Of a stretch of 64,000 nt of DNA, positions 32,126 through 41,010 are shown one piece after another. The notes below the pieces were generated by a model. That model saw only the letters and a program-made list of their open reading frames with translations. It did not search any database and was not told the DNA's origin. The number at the start of each line of letters is the position of its first letter. Position 1 is the first letter of the stretch. This DNA comes from an uncultured Blautia sp. (GTDB lineage Bacteria; Bacillota; Clostridia; Lachnospirales; Lachnospiraceae): the NCBI GenBank assembly GCA_946622645.1, contig CAMOQF010000002.1, positions 190 through 64,189 on the forward strand, read 5' to 3'. A program made the translations under genes and the position numbers.

Positions 32126-32890
32126 ATGATCAAACCAGTCTATGTAAGAAATATGGAGATCGGCACGGGGATCCCGAAGATCTGTGTGCCGCTGACCGGG
32201 AAGAACGATGCGGAGCTGCTGAGCCAGGCCGCCGGGGTCGTGGAAGGCGAAGCCGATTTTGTGGAATGGCGTGTGGACTGCTGGGAGGAGGAACACCCGA
32301 TCTACCGGGTTGAGGAGATGCTTTTTGCCCTCCGTAAGATCCTGCATGAAATGCCGATCCTGCTCACCTTCCGTTCGGAGGAGGAAGGGGGAGAAAGAGC
32401 TGCTTCCCCTGCGGAGCAGGTCGCGCTCATCCGCCGGGCAGCCGACAGCGGACAGCTGGACATGGCGGATGTGGAATACCTGCGCTCTCCGGATGAATTT
32501 GCTCCGCTGATCAGAGACATGGAGGAGAGAGGCGTACGGATCATCGCATCCTCCCATGATTTTGAAAAAACCGGCACGCGGGAAGAGCTGTGTGACAGGC
32601 TGCGGGCTCTGTCTTCTTCCGGCGCCGATATCATAAAGCTTGCCGTGATGCCCGCCTGTCCGGAGGACGTCACCCTTCTGATGGATACGGTGTCCGAAAT
32701 GACAAAGGAAGAGATCACCTGTCCGGTGATCGCCATGTCCATGGGAGAGCTTGGAGCAGAGAGCCGCGTGGAAGGAGAAAAATATGGATCTTCGGTCACA
32801 TTCGGAACCGCGGGAGCATCATCTGCACCGGGGCAGCTGCCCGTCCGGGTCCTTCGTGAAAAGCTGGAAACACTGCACGCCCGGATCTGA
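32126..32890 (+). CDS. aroD: Type I 3-dehydroquinate dehydratase
   Basis: PKICVPL, EWRVD, TFRSEEEGG, SSHDF, KLAVMP, MSMG, SAPGQ; start placed at ATG 32126. Confidence 0.95.
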   Translation: MIKPVYVRNMEIGTGIPKICVPLTGKNDAELLSQAAGVVEGEADFVEWRVDCWEEEHPIYRVEEMLFALRKILHEMPILLTFRSEEEGGERAASPAEQVALIRRAADSGQLDMADVEYLRSPDEFAPLIRDMEERGVRIIASSHDFEKTGTREELCDRLRALSSSGADIIKLAVMPACPEDVTLLMDTVSEMTKEEITCPVIAMSMGELGAESRVEGEKYGSSVTFGTAGASSAPGQLPVRVLREKLETLHARI

Positions 32891-32901
32891 TCTCCGCCGG
32901 A

Positions 32902-32995
32902 TCACGAAGGATCACGAAAGATCGCGAAGACTCACGAAGTTTCACGAATTTCCAGGATCACTCACGATTTTTCCACGAAGATTCACGAGAAAAAA
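32902..32995 (+). repeat. 10-bp-phased array of TCACGAA-like motifs upstream of the sigma factor gene
   Basis: TCACGAA at 32902, 32912, 32932, 32942; TCGCGAA 32922; TCACGAT 32962; CCACGAA 32973; TCACGAG 32983. Confidence 0.9.
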
Positions 32996-33017
32996 CAGGA
33001 AAAGTTTCTGACAGTTC

Positions 33018-33046
33018 CATACAAAATAAAACGTCTCCTGTATAAT
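33018..33046 (+). promoter_or_regulatory. Putative sigma-A promoter with perfect -10 and weak -35
   Basis: TATAAT at 33041-33046; the hexamer 17 bp upstream is CATACA (poor -35). Confidence 0.5.
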
Positions 33047-33148
33047 GTGGTGCAGGGCTCAGAAGACCGGATCATATGTCCCGCACATAGGCCGCGGTTC
33101 TTCCTGCCCGGACAACAAAGGTTGTCTTTCATCGGGGAGGTACAGGAG

Positions 33149-33751
33149 ATGAGAACAGATCGTCTGCCGGAGCCGCTCTCCAGGCAGCAGGAAGAGGGAC
33201 TGCTGTTCCTGATGCGGAAGAAGGGGAGTCGGGCAGCCCGGGAAAAACTGATCATCCATAATCTTCGCCTGGTCTATGCCATAGCCTGGGAATACGCCGG
33301 GATCCTTGAACTGGAAGACCTGGTTTCCTGCGGCGTCATCGGCCTGATCAAAGCGGTGGATGCGTACGATGGTTCCCGGAAGGCAGGGCTCGGAAGCTTT
33401 GCCGCGCGCTGCATCCGGAACGAGATCATCTCGGAGCTTCGCAGGATGAAAAGAAACGAGAGAGAAACGCTGGAGGCGATCACGCCGGAGCAGGAGATGA
33501 CGCTCTGGTCTCTGCACAGACATGAGCTGGATCCCCAGAGCATGATCGAAAGATCCGAAGAAAGAGAGGCGCTGTACAAAGCGCTGAAACATCTGGGGAG
33601 AGAGGACCGGCAGCTGCTGAAAAAGCGTTATCTTTCCGCTCAGAAGTGTTCTCAGCAGAAACTGGCGGAACAGACCGGACTTCATCAGTCCAGCATCGCC
33701 CGTCGGGAGATGCGTATTCTCGAAACGCTTCGCAGGCAGCTGCCTTCCTGA
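33149..33751 (+). CDS. Orphan sigma-E/sigma-K-like RNA polymerase sigma factor without pro-sequence
   Basis: LPEPLS, HNLRLVYAIA, EDLVSCGVIGLIKAVD, FAARCIRNEI, SQQKLAEQTGLHQSSIARRE match the sporulation sigE pattern; ATG 33149 follows GGAGG/AGGAG. Confidence 0.85.
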   Translation: MRTDRLPEPLSRQQEEGLLFLMRKKGSRAAREKLIIHNLRLVYAIAWEYAGILELEDLVSCGVIGLIKAVDAYDGSRKAGLGSFAARCIRNEIISELRRMKRNERETLEAITPEQEMTLWSLHRHELDPQSMIERSEEREALYKALKHLGREDRQLLKKRYLSAQKCSQQKLAEQTGLHQSSIARREMRILETLRRQLPS

Positions 33752-33760
33752 AAAAAACCG

Positions 33761-33789
33761 TTTACTTTTACACGACAGAGTGATATTAT
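33761..33789 (+). promoter_or_regulatory. Putative sigma-A promoter of paaK
   Basis: TTTACT, 17 bp, TATTAT with extended -10 TG. Confidence 0.45.
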
Positions 33790-33889
33790 GGTAAAATAAA
33801 CCTGGCCGGAAGTACTTTCCGGTCATAACGTCTCCCCGACATTCAAGCGTGGCATCAGGACAATCTGGAGAAAGAGAGGAAGAAGCAAA

Positions 33890-35197
33890 ATGGGCAATTA
33901 TTATCAACCGGAAATCGAGACCGCTTCCCGGGAACAGATACGGGCATGGCAGAGCGAAAGGCTCTCCCAACAGATCCGTAACGTGTGGGACAACGTACCC
34001 ATGTACCGTAAAAGAATGGAGGAAGCCGGGCTGACTCCGGACGATATCAAAACCGTGGACGACCTGTCCAGACTGCCGTTTATCACAAAGGATGACCTTC
34101 GGGACGAATATCCCTACGGCCTTCTGGCAAGACCTCTGGCGGACTGTGTCCGTATTCAGTCTACCAGCGGAACGACAGGACGGCGCGTGGTCGCCTTCTA
34201 CACCCAGCATGATGTGGATCTCTGGGAAGAATGCTGCGCAAGAGCCATTGTGGCTGCAGGCGGGACAAAAGAGGACGTGGTACAGGTGTGTTACGGTTAC
34301 GGCCTGTTTACAGGCGGTCCCGGACTGCACGGCGGCTCCCATAAGGTGGGCAGCCTGACGCTTCCTATGTCCTCCGGCAACACGGAGCGGCAGATCCAGT
34401 TCATGACAGACCTGGGCACCACCATTCTTTGCTGTACGCCGTCCTATGCGGCTTATCTGGCAGAGAGCATCCACGAAAGAGGCGTGCGCGACCAGATCAG
34501 GCTGAAGGCAGGCATCTTCGGCGCCGAAGCCTGGACGGAGGAGATGCGCCATGACATCGAAGACAAGCTTGGGCTCAAAGCCTATGACATCTACGGACTG
34601 ACCGAGATCTCCGGCCCCGGCGTTTCCTTTGAGTGCGAAGAACAGAAGGGAATGCACGTGAACGAAGACCACTTCATAGCGGAAGTCATCAATCCCCTGA
34701 CCGGCGAAGTGCTCCCGGACGGTGAAAAAGGCGAGCTCGTATTCACCAGCATCACCAAGGAAGCCTTCCCCCTGATCAGATACCGCACCCGCGATATCTG
34801 CATCCTGTCCCACGAAAAATGTTCCTGCGGCAGGACTCATGTCCGCATGACCAAACCGCTCGGACGCAGCGACGACATGCTGATCGTCAAGGGCGTGAAC
34901 GTGTTCCCGTCCCAGATCGAGACCGTCCTGATCAACAAGGGCTATCCGGCCAACTACCAGATCATCGTGGACCGCGTCAACAACAGCGACACCATCGAGG
35001 TGCAGGTGGAGATGACTCCGGAGATGTTCTCCGACAGCCTGAGCGCCGTTTCCTCGAAGGAGAAAGAGCTGGTGGACGCTCTGAAAGCGATGCTGGGCAT
35101 CTACGCCAAGGTGAAGCTCGTCAACCCGAAGACCATCACCAGGAGCGAGGGAAAAGCCGTCCGCGTCATCGACAAACGAAACCTGTACAAGGGCTGA
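33890..35197 (+). CDS. paaK: Phenylacetate-CoA ligase family protein
   Basis: LPFITKDDLRD, IQSTSGTTG, YGYGLFTGG, DIYGLTE, RYRTRD, GRSDDMLIVKGVNVFPSQIE. Confidence 0.9.
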   Translation: MGNYYQPEIETASREQIRAWQSERLSQQIRNVWDNVPMYRKRMEEAGLTPDDIKTVDDLSRLPFITKDDLRDEYPYGLLARPLADCVRIQSTSGTTGRRVVAFYTQHDVDLWEECCARAIVAAGGTKEDVVQVCYGYGLFTGGPGLHGGSHKVGSLTLPMSSGNTERQIQFMTDLGTTILCCTPSYAAYLAESIHERGVRDQIRLKAGIFGAEAWTEEMRHDIEDKLGLKAYDIYGLTEISGPGVSFECEEQKGMHVNEDHFIAEVINPLTGEVLPDGEKGELVFTSITKEAFPLIRYRTRDICILSHEKCSCGRTHVRMTKPLGRSDDMLIVKGVNVFPSQIETVLINKGYPANYQIIVDRVNNSDTIEVQVEMTPEMFSDSLSAVSSKEKELVDALKAMLGIYAKVKLVNPKTITRSEGKAVRVIDKRNLYKG

Positions 35198-35215
35198 CTG
35201 TAAAGGAGAGAAAAA

Positions 35216-35644
35216 ATGACTGTAAAGCAGATTTCCGTATTTTTGGAGAACAAGCCTGGAAAGCTGGCGGATTTTACGGATGTTCTTTCCGCCAACAAGA
35301 TCGATATGCGTGCCCTGTCCCTGGCGGAGGCCGCCGACTTCGGCATCGCCCGGATCCTCGTGGACGACGTTTACAACGCTTCCACGGTCCTGAAGGATGC
35401 CGGCTATATCTTTTCCATCACCAAGGTGCTGGCTGTGGAAATGCCCGATGAGCCGGGCGCTCTTTCCGGGATCATCCGTATCCTCGGCGACAACGGGATC
35501 AACCTGGAGTATATGTATGCTTTCACGGCCCCCAAAAAGAATTCGGCCTACATGATCCTTCGCGTGGCGGACAATGAAGCTGCCATCGAAGCTCTCGGCA
35601 AACACGGGATCCGTCCGGTGTGCCACGACGACCTGATCGACTGA
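35216..35644 (+). CDS. ACT domain-containing protein
   Basis: KQISVFLENKPGKL, DEPGALS, INLEYMYAF; the usual partner of paaK. Confidence 0.9.
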   Translation: MTVKQISVFLENKPGKLADFTDVLSANKIDMRALSLAEAADFGIARILVDDVYNASTVLKDAGYIFSITKVLAVEMPDEPGALSGIIRILGDNGINLEYMYAFTAPKKNSAYMILRVADNEAAIEALGKHGIRPVCHDDLID

Positions 35645-35674
35645 CGGATCAGAACTCAATACAGAAGTGATTTC

Positions 35675-35710
35675 GGAGCCATGGACGCTTTGCCGCCATG
35701 GCTCCTTAAC
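35675..35710 (+). terminator. Hairpin, probable terminator of paaK-ACT
   Basis: GGAGCCATGG/CCATGGCTCC 10-bp stem with a short T-rich tail. Confidence 0.5.
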
Positions 35711-35741
35711 ATTTTCGCGGCGGGTTCCGCCCCCGTTTTCA

Positions 35742-35769
35742 TTGACACTACCGGGCAGAGTGATATAAT
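35742..35769 (+). promoter_or_regulatory. Sigma-A promoter of trkA-trkH
   Basis: TTGACA, 16 bp, TATAAT with TG extension. Confidence 0.75.
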
Positions 35770-35820
35770 AACTATATCTGCATAGATATGTATTTAATCA
35801 TCTTATATACGAGGTGTATC

Positions 35821-37182
35821 ATGAGAGTAATGATCGTCGGGTGCGGCAAAGTGGGCAGCACCATCGCGGAACAGCTGCAGGAAGAAGAAAATATCGACCT
35901 TACGCTGATCGATATAAAAGAAGAAAAGCTGCAGGAACTGGGAGATGAAGTGGACGCTCTTGCCATCACGGGCAACGGAGCCAGTATCAACACGCTGCAG
36001 GAGGCCGGCATCAAGGACACCGACGTACTGATCGCCGTGACCGGTTCGGACGAACTGAACCTGCTGTGCTGCCTGATCGCCCAGAAAGCCAGCACCACCC
36101 ATACCATCGCCAGAGTACGGAATCCCATTTACAGCAAGGAGATCCCCTTCTTCAAAGAGAGACTGGGCGTTTCCGTGTTCATCAATCCGGAATACGCTGC
36201 AGCCATGGAGATATCGCGTATCCTGCGGTTTCCCTCTGCCATGAAGATCGATACCTTTGCAAGAGGAAGGGTGGAGCTCATCAAATTCAAGGTGGAGCCG
36301 GAGTTCGGCCTCAACGGGCTTTCTCTCTCCAGGATCTCTGAAAAATACCACTATGACATGCTGTTCTGCGCGGTGGAGAACGGTTCCTCCATCACCATCC
36401 CGAACGGCGATACCGTGATCCATGACGGCGATCTTGTTTCCATCGTCACCACGCCGAGGATCGCTGCCGAATTCTTCAAGAGGATCGGGCTCAAGACCAC
36501 ACAGGTGCGGGACGCCATGCTGATCGGCGGCGGGACGATCTCGTACTATCTGGCCAGAATGCTTCTGGATATGAAGATCGGCGTCAAGATCATCGAGAAA
36601 GACAAGGCACGCTGTGAGACGCTGTGCGAGCTTCTTCCCAAGGCTACCATCATCTGGGGCGACGGAACAGACAGAGCCCTCCTGATGGAAGAGGGGCTTC
36701 GGACAGCCGAGGCCGTTGTCTGTCTGACCGACATGGATGAGGAGAATATCTTCCTGTCTCTCTCCGCAAGAAAAGTTTCGCAGGCCAAGCTGGTCGCGAA
36801 GGTCAACCGCCTTACCTACAACGATGTCATCGATGACCTGGATCTGGACAGCGTCGTCTATCCCAAATATATCACGGCAGATTATATCCTGCAGTATGTA
36901 CGTGCCACCCAGAACAGCATCGGCAGCAATGTGGAGACGCTCTATCACATTCTGGACAACCGGGCGGAAGCACTGGAATTCCGTATCCGTGAAAAATCCG
37001 CGGTCGTGGGCGTGCCGCTGGCCCAGCTGAAACTGAAAAAGGATCTGCTGGTAGCCTGTATCAACCGCAAAGGAGAGATCCGTATTCCTCGCGGCCAGGA
37101 TACCATCCAGATCCAGGATACGGTGATCATCGTTACCACCGACCGGGGGCTCAGGGATATCACGGACATTCTGGAAAGGTAG
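35821..37182 (+). CDS. trkA: Trk potassium uptake NAD-binding subunit TrkA
   Basis: Two RCK Rossmann motifs (IVGCGKVG; LIGGGTIS); start placed at ATG 35821. Confidence 0.95.
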   Translation: MRVMIVGCGKVGSTIAEQLQEEENIDLTLIDIKEEKLQELGDEVDALAITGNGASINTLQEAGIKDTDVLIAVTGSDELNLLCCLIAQKASTTHTIARVRNPIYSKEIPFFKERLGVSVFINPEYAAAMEISRILRFPSAMKIDTFARGRVELIKFKVEPEFGLNGLSLSRISEKYHYDMLFCAVENGSSITIPNGDTVIHDGDLVSIVTTPRIAAEFFKRIGLKTTQVRDAMLIGGGTISYYLARMLLDMKIGVKIIEKDKARCETLCELLPKATIIWGDGTDRALLMEEGLRTAEAVVCLTDMDEENIFLSLSARKVSQAKLVAKVNRLTYNDVIDDLDLDSVVYPKYITADYILQYVRATQNSIGSNVETLYHILDNRAEALEFRIREKSAVVGVPLAQLKLKKDLLVACINRKGEIRIPRGQDTIQIQDTVIIVTTDRGLRDITDILER

Positions 37183-37191
37183 GCCCTGCAG

Positions 37192-38631
37192 ATGAATTAT
37201 TCTATCATTATTTATATCGTAGGGATGATCCTGAACCTGGAAGCGGTATTGATGGTCCTTCCGGGCGTGACCGCCATCATCTATGGAGAAAAAGCAGGGT
37301 TCGCGTTCCTGATCACCATAGCCATCTGTCTTGCGATCGGGATCCCGGTCTCTGTCAAAATATCCAGAAAGCAGGTATTCTATGCGCGGGAAGGCTTTGT
37401 GGCCGTGGCGCTGAGCTGGATCACGCTTTCCATCATAGGCGCGGTGCCGTTTGTGCTGACCGGCAGCATTCCCAACCCGATCGACGCGCTGTTTGAGACC
37501 GTATCCGGTTTTACGACCACCGGAGCCAGCATCCTGACAGACGTGGAGGTCCTTCCGCACAGCGTCCTGATCTGGCGGAGCTTTACGCACTGGATCGGAG
37601 GCATGGGCGTGCTGGTGTTCGTGCTGGCCATCCTGCCGCTGACCGGCGGTTATCACATGGCGCTTATGAAGGCGGAGAGTCCGGGCCCTTCGGTCAGCCG
37701 GATGCTGCCGACGGTGCAGTCTACCGCCAAGGTTCTGTATGCGATCTACATCGGACTCACCGTCACCCAGATCCTGCTGATGCTGATCACGGGGATGCCG
37801 CTGTTTGACGCTTTATGCATCTCTTTCGGAACCGCAGGTACCGGCGGTTTCGGCGTTTTAAACGCAAGCTGCGGGAGCTATACCACGATCCAGCAGATCA
37901 TTATCACGGTCTTCATGATCCTGTTCGGCATCAATTTCAATGTCTATTTCCTGGCATTGATGAAGCAGTTCGGACAGGCCGTCAGGGTGGAGGAGCTTCG
38001 TTATTATCTGGGCATCATCGGAGCGGCCATTCTGGCGATCACCATCAATACGGTCCATCTGTTCAGCAATGTGGGTGAAGCGATCCAGCAGGTATCGTTC
38101 CAGGTGGGTTCCATCATCACCACGACGGGATATTCGACCACGGACTTTGATCAATGGCCCGTCTTTTCCAAGACGATCCTGGTGATGCTGATGTTCATCG
38201 GCGCATGCGCCGGCAGTACCGGCGGCGGCATCAAAGTGTCCCGTATCATGATCCTGATCAAATCCGTCGGCAAGGAGATGATGCTGTTCCTGCATCCGAA
38301 CGCCATTAAAAAGATCAAGATCGACCAGAAGCCGGTGGCACACGAGGTGGTCCGTTCCACCAATATCTTTATCATTGTCTATGTGGTGATCTTTGCTTTT
38401 TCCACGCTGATCATCAGTATCGACAATTTCAGCTTTACCACCAATTTTACGGCGGTCGCGGCGACTTTGAACAATATCGGCCCCGGCCTCGAGATGGTCG
38501 GACCTACCGGGAACTATTCTCTGTTCTCCGGGTTTTCCAAGCTGATCCTGACGTTCGATATGCTGGCCGGGAGACTGGAGATCTTCCCGCTGATGATGCT
38601 GTTCTACTACAAGACCTGGACAAAAGTGTGA
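37192..38631 (+). CDS. trkH: Trk potassium uptake membrane subunit TrkH
   Basis: FETVSGFTTTG, HWIGGMG, TAGTGGF, GACAGSTGGGIK, LNNIGPG, GRLEI. Confidence 0.96.
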   Translation: MNYSIIIYIVGMILNLEAVLMVLPGVTAIIYGEKAGFAFLITIAICLAIGIPVSVKISRKQVFYAREGFVAVALSWITLSIIGAVPFVLTGSIPNPIDALFETVSGFTTTGASILTDVEVLPHSVLIWRSFTHWIGGMGVLVFVLAILPLTGGYHMALMKAESPGPSVSRMLPTVQSTAKVLYAIYIGLTVTQILLMLITGMPLFDALCISFGTAGTGGFGVLNASCGSYTTIQQIIITVFMILFGINFNVYFLALMKQFGQAVRVEELRYYLGIIGAAILAITINTVHLFSNVGEAIQQVSFQVGSIITTTGYSTTDFDQWPVFSKTILVMLMFIGACAGSTGGGIKVSRIMILIKSVGKEMMLFLHPNAIKKIKIDQKPVAHEVVRSTNIFIIVYVVIFAFSTLIISIDNFSFTTNFTAVAATLNNIGPGLEMVGPTGNYSLFSGFSKLILTFDMLAGRLEIFPLMMLFYYKTWTKV

Positions 38632-38713
38632 CCGTGGGTGCTGCGGCGGTTTATCCGGATTTCCTGCGTGGACCGCTGTTTTGAACGCCATGATCAATAT
38701 AAATGTACATGAA

Positions 38714-38745
38714 ACGGGGAAGAGCTATGCTCTCCCTGTTTTTTT
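38714..38745 (+). terminator. Rho-independent terminator after trkH
   Basis: GGGGAAGAGC-TAT-GCTCTCCCTG followed by T7. Confidence 0.7.
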
Positions 38746-38939
38746 GCTCTGCCTTCTGGTCAGGCTTTGTCTGCGGGCTCTTCTGATCAAATATCTGTTG
38801 ACGAAATGCACGAAAAACCTTAAAATAACAAGTGAAAGATTGTGAATGTTGCAAGCAATCGCAGCTGTTCTGAAGGATCACGACAGCTGCAGACGATCAT
38901 GGATGCTTTTAAAGACAAAGAGAGGAGGGGATTGATGGG

Positions 38940-40880
38940 ATGAGATCCAGAAAGCGGCGTCTGTCTGCTGTGACCGGCCTTCTGCTGGCAGCTGTTGTCA
39001 GTCTGTCCGGGCCGCTGCAGATCACAGCCGCAGAAACAAACGCGCAGAGCATCGATCTGGAAGAATTCTGGAAGGAGCGCACGGAAGGACAGGAGGGAGA
39101 GAACACTCCGACGCCTGCCCCGCAGACTCCGGACGACAAACAGACAACGCCGGCGCCGCAGACCCCGGATGACACGCAGCCGACGCCGGCGCCGCAGACT
39201 CCGGACGATCCGCAGCCGACGCCGATCCCCGGCGATACCGGCACCGACGATCATGTGATCTCGACGGAACCGCAGGTCACGTACGATGATCTGGAGCGGA
39301 TGAACAACGGCCAGGAGATCGTTCTGTTTTCGGATGAAGGCTATCTGATTTTTCTGTTTGGAAAATACTATGACAAGCAGGTCCATGACCAGGAAGAAGC
39401 GATCGCCTCCCTCCAATGCATGGCCGGTCTGCTCGGACTGTCCAAGGGTTCGGAGTTTTACAGTGTCTTCGGCATGCAGGATCCGCTGGGCTACACCTAT
39501 TATATCTACCAGCAGCGGTACGGGGACATCACTCTCCAGAACGCCGTCCTCAAGGTGATCGTAGACCCGGAAGGCTACCCCTGCGGCCTGGTCTCTTCTT
39601 TCACGCCGAATATCGGCATCGCGCCGGATGATGAACCGCTGGTCACGGCAGATGAAGCGCTGGAGATCGTAAAGAAGCGCTACCAGGGCACGGCCATCAC
39701 CTTTTATCCGGAAGCCACCCGCCAGACATCGGTGACTTTCCACAATGTTGCCTATCATGCCTGGGCGGTTTTCAGCAGCCATCCCGCCGAGACAAGGCCG
39801 ACAGAAGGTCCTGCATATCTGGAACATCTGGTTTCATATGACGGATTGTATCTCTACAGCATGGCCGTCCGGTCTCCGGAGGAGATGGTCCTGGGAGACA
39901 ATATCCCCGGAGAGCTTGCCGCGGCCTGGTTCGACGGAAAAGAAGCCGGCACCTACACGGGGGAAGTCACTCTCTGCGACGGGACCAAAGAAACCATCAC
40001 AGTTCCGGTTGTCTGGGATCCGGAACAGAATACCTACATCCTGGCGGATCCCGAAAGAAAGATCCTGGTGGCTGATCACAAGACCTTCCGGGACAGGCTG
40101 GAGCTGAAAACCATCACCTCTCCCGACAACACCGGCTGGCCGGAGCATTACCTGAAAACCTACAACACGTACATCAAAGTCTATGACTTTTTCGACAGTC
40201 ACAACTTCCATTCCGTGGATGGCTTTGGAGTCCCCATCCTGATCCTGTATGATTTTGTGGATGACATGGATCTTCCGTACGACAACGCCTGCTATCTGGG
40301 CAGAGCGGACGGGTGGGCCTGCTTTGGAGCAAGCGCCATCAACGATTATGGTGAAGCGCTCGATGTCATCGGCCACGAGTTCACACACGGCATTACGGAA
40401 TGGGCTATGGGAGGCCAGCTCTACGAAAATGAATCAGGCGCTCTGAACGAGGCTCTGAGCGATATCCTGGGAAATCTCTGCGAGATGATCTCGGGCGAGA
40501 CCGACGATACGGAATGGCTGATCGGAGAGAAGAGCGGCAGAAAATTACGGAGCATGAGCTTTCCGTGGAAGTATAAAAATCCCGGCATGATCGGCGATGA
40601 GTTTTATATCCCGGTCCAGGAGAGACCTTCCTACTATGATGACTACGGCGGGGTGCACACCAACAGTTCCCTGGTCAATCTGATCGCCTGGAACCTGTGT
40701 GCCCGCGGCATGTCGCTGGAGGATGCCTTTACGCTCTGGGTGGAAACGATCCACCTGTTAAGCCCGACCTCCGGTTTCCGTGAGGTCCACGCCGCTCTGG
40801 CAGCCGCCTCCGAGATCCTGGGACTGGACATCACGGTGGAGGGACAGATCCACATGATCTGCCAGCAGATGGGTTTCTGA
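38940..40880 (+). CDS. Secreted M4 (thermolysin-like) zinc metallopeptidase
   Basis: Signal peptide; DVIGHEFTHG (HExxH), ESGALNEALSD, GGVHTNS; FTP/PepSY-like pro-region. Confidence 0.9.
   Translation: MRSRKRRLSAVTGLLLAAVVSLSGPLQITAAETNAQSIDLEEFWKERTEGQEGENTPTPAPQTPDDKQTTPAPQTPDDTQPTPAPQTPDDPQPTPIPGDTGTDDHVISTEPQVTYDDLERMNNGQEIVLFSDEGYLIFLFGKYYDKQVHDQEEAIASLQCMAGLLGLSKGSEFYSVFGMQDPLGYTYYIYQQRYGDITLQNAVLKVIVDPEGYPCGLVSSFTPNIGIAPDDEPLVTADEALEIVKKRYQGTAITFYPEATRQTSVTFHNVAYHAWAVFSSHPAETRPTEGPAYLEHLVSYDGLYLYSMAVRSPEEMVLGDNIPGELAAAWFDGKEAGTYTGEVTLCDGTKETITVPVVWDPEQNTYILADPERKILVADHKTFRDRLELKTITSPDNTGWPEHYLKTYNTYIKVYDFFDSHNFHSVDGFGVPILILYDFVDDMDLPYDNACYLGRADGWACFGASAINDYGEALDVIGHEFTHGITEWAMGGQLYENESGALNEALSDILGNLCEMISGETDDTEWLIGEKSGRKLRSMSFPWKYKNPGMIGDEFYIPVQERPSYYDDYGGVHTNSSLVNLIAWNLCARGMSLEDAFTLWVETIHLLSPTSGFREVHAALAAASEILGLDITVEGQIHMICQQMGF
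39108..39224 (+). repeat. 36-bp tandem repeat (about 3.3 copies) encoding PTPAPQTPDDxQ
   Basis: Units start at 39108, 39144, 39180 and (partial) 39216. Confidence 0.9.
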
Positions 40881-40916
40881 CCCGGCCGCCGGCCTGACTC
40901 GTTTTCAATAATGCAA

Positions 40917-40975
40917 GTATGAAAGAGACTTTCATACCCGTTTATGAAAATGTCCTTGCGAGCAAGCGTTTTCAT
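40917..40975. promoter_or_regulatory. Two adjacent inverted repeats (candidate LacI/CcpA-type operators)
   Basis: GTATGAAAG-AGA-CTTTCATAC (40917-40937) and ATGAAAA..CTTGC-GA-GCAAG..TTTTCAT (40944-40975). Confidence 0.45.
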
Positions 40976-41010
40976 GGCACTGGAAGTGATACAAAGAAAG
41001 GAGACACAGT

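Noticed and set aside
32902-32995. The short repeat array as a CRISPR, or as replication iterons
   Set aside because: Units are 10 bp with 3-nt linkers and no unique spacers. No cas, rep or dnaA genes or AT-rich unwinding element nearby.
33018-33025. CATACA upstream of the sigma gene as a sigma-E -10 (autoregulation)
   Set aside because: Lacks the terminal T of CATAcanT, and I see no convincing sigma-E -35.
33803-33825. Hairpin TGGCCGGAAGTACTTTCCGGTCA in the paaK leader as a riboswitch
   Set aside because: A single stem with no recognisable aptamer, T-box or terminator tail.
34465-34820. CACGAA occurrences inside coding regions (paaK, xseB, aroD end)
   Set aside because: Isolated and explained by coding sequence (e.g. 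His-Glu codons); not counted as operator sites.
35645-35820. c-di-AMP riboswitch before trkA, or purine/ZTP riboswitch before purC (25496..25585)
   Set aside because: Predicted leaders are only about 40-45 nt from the promoter, too short, and no aptamer motifs are seen.
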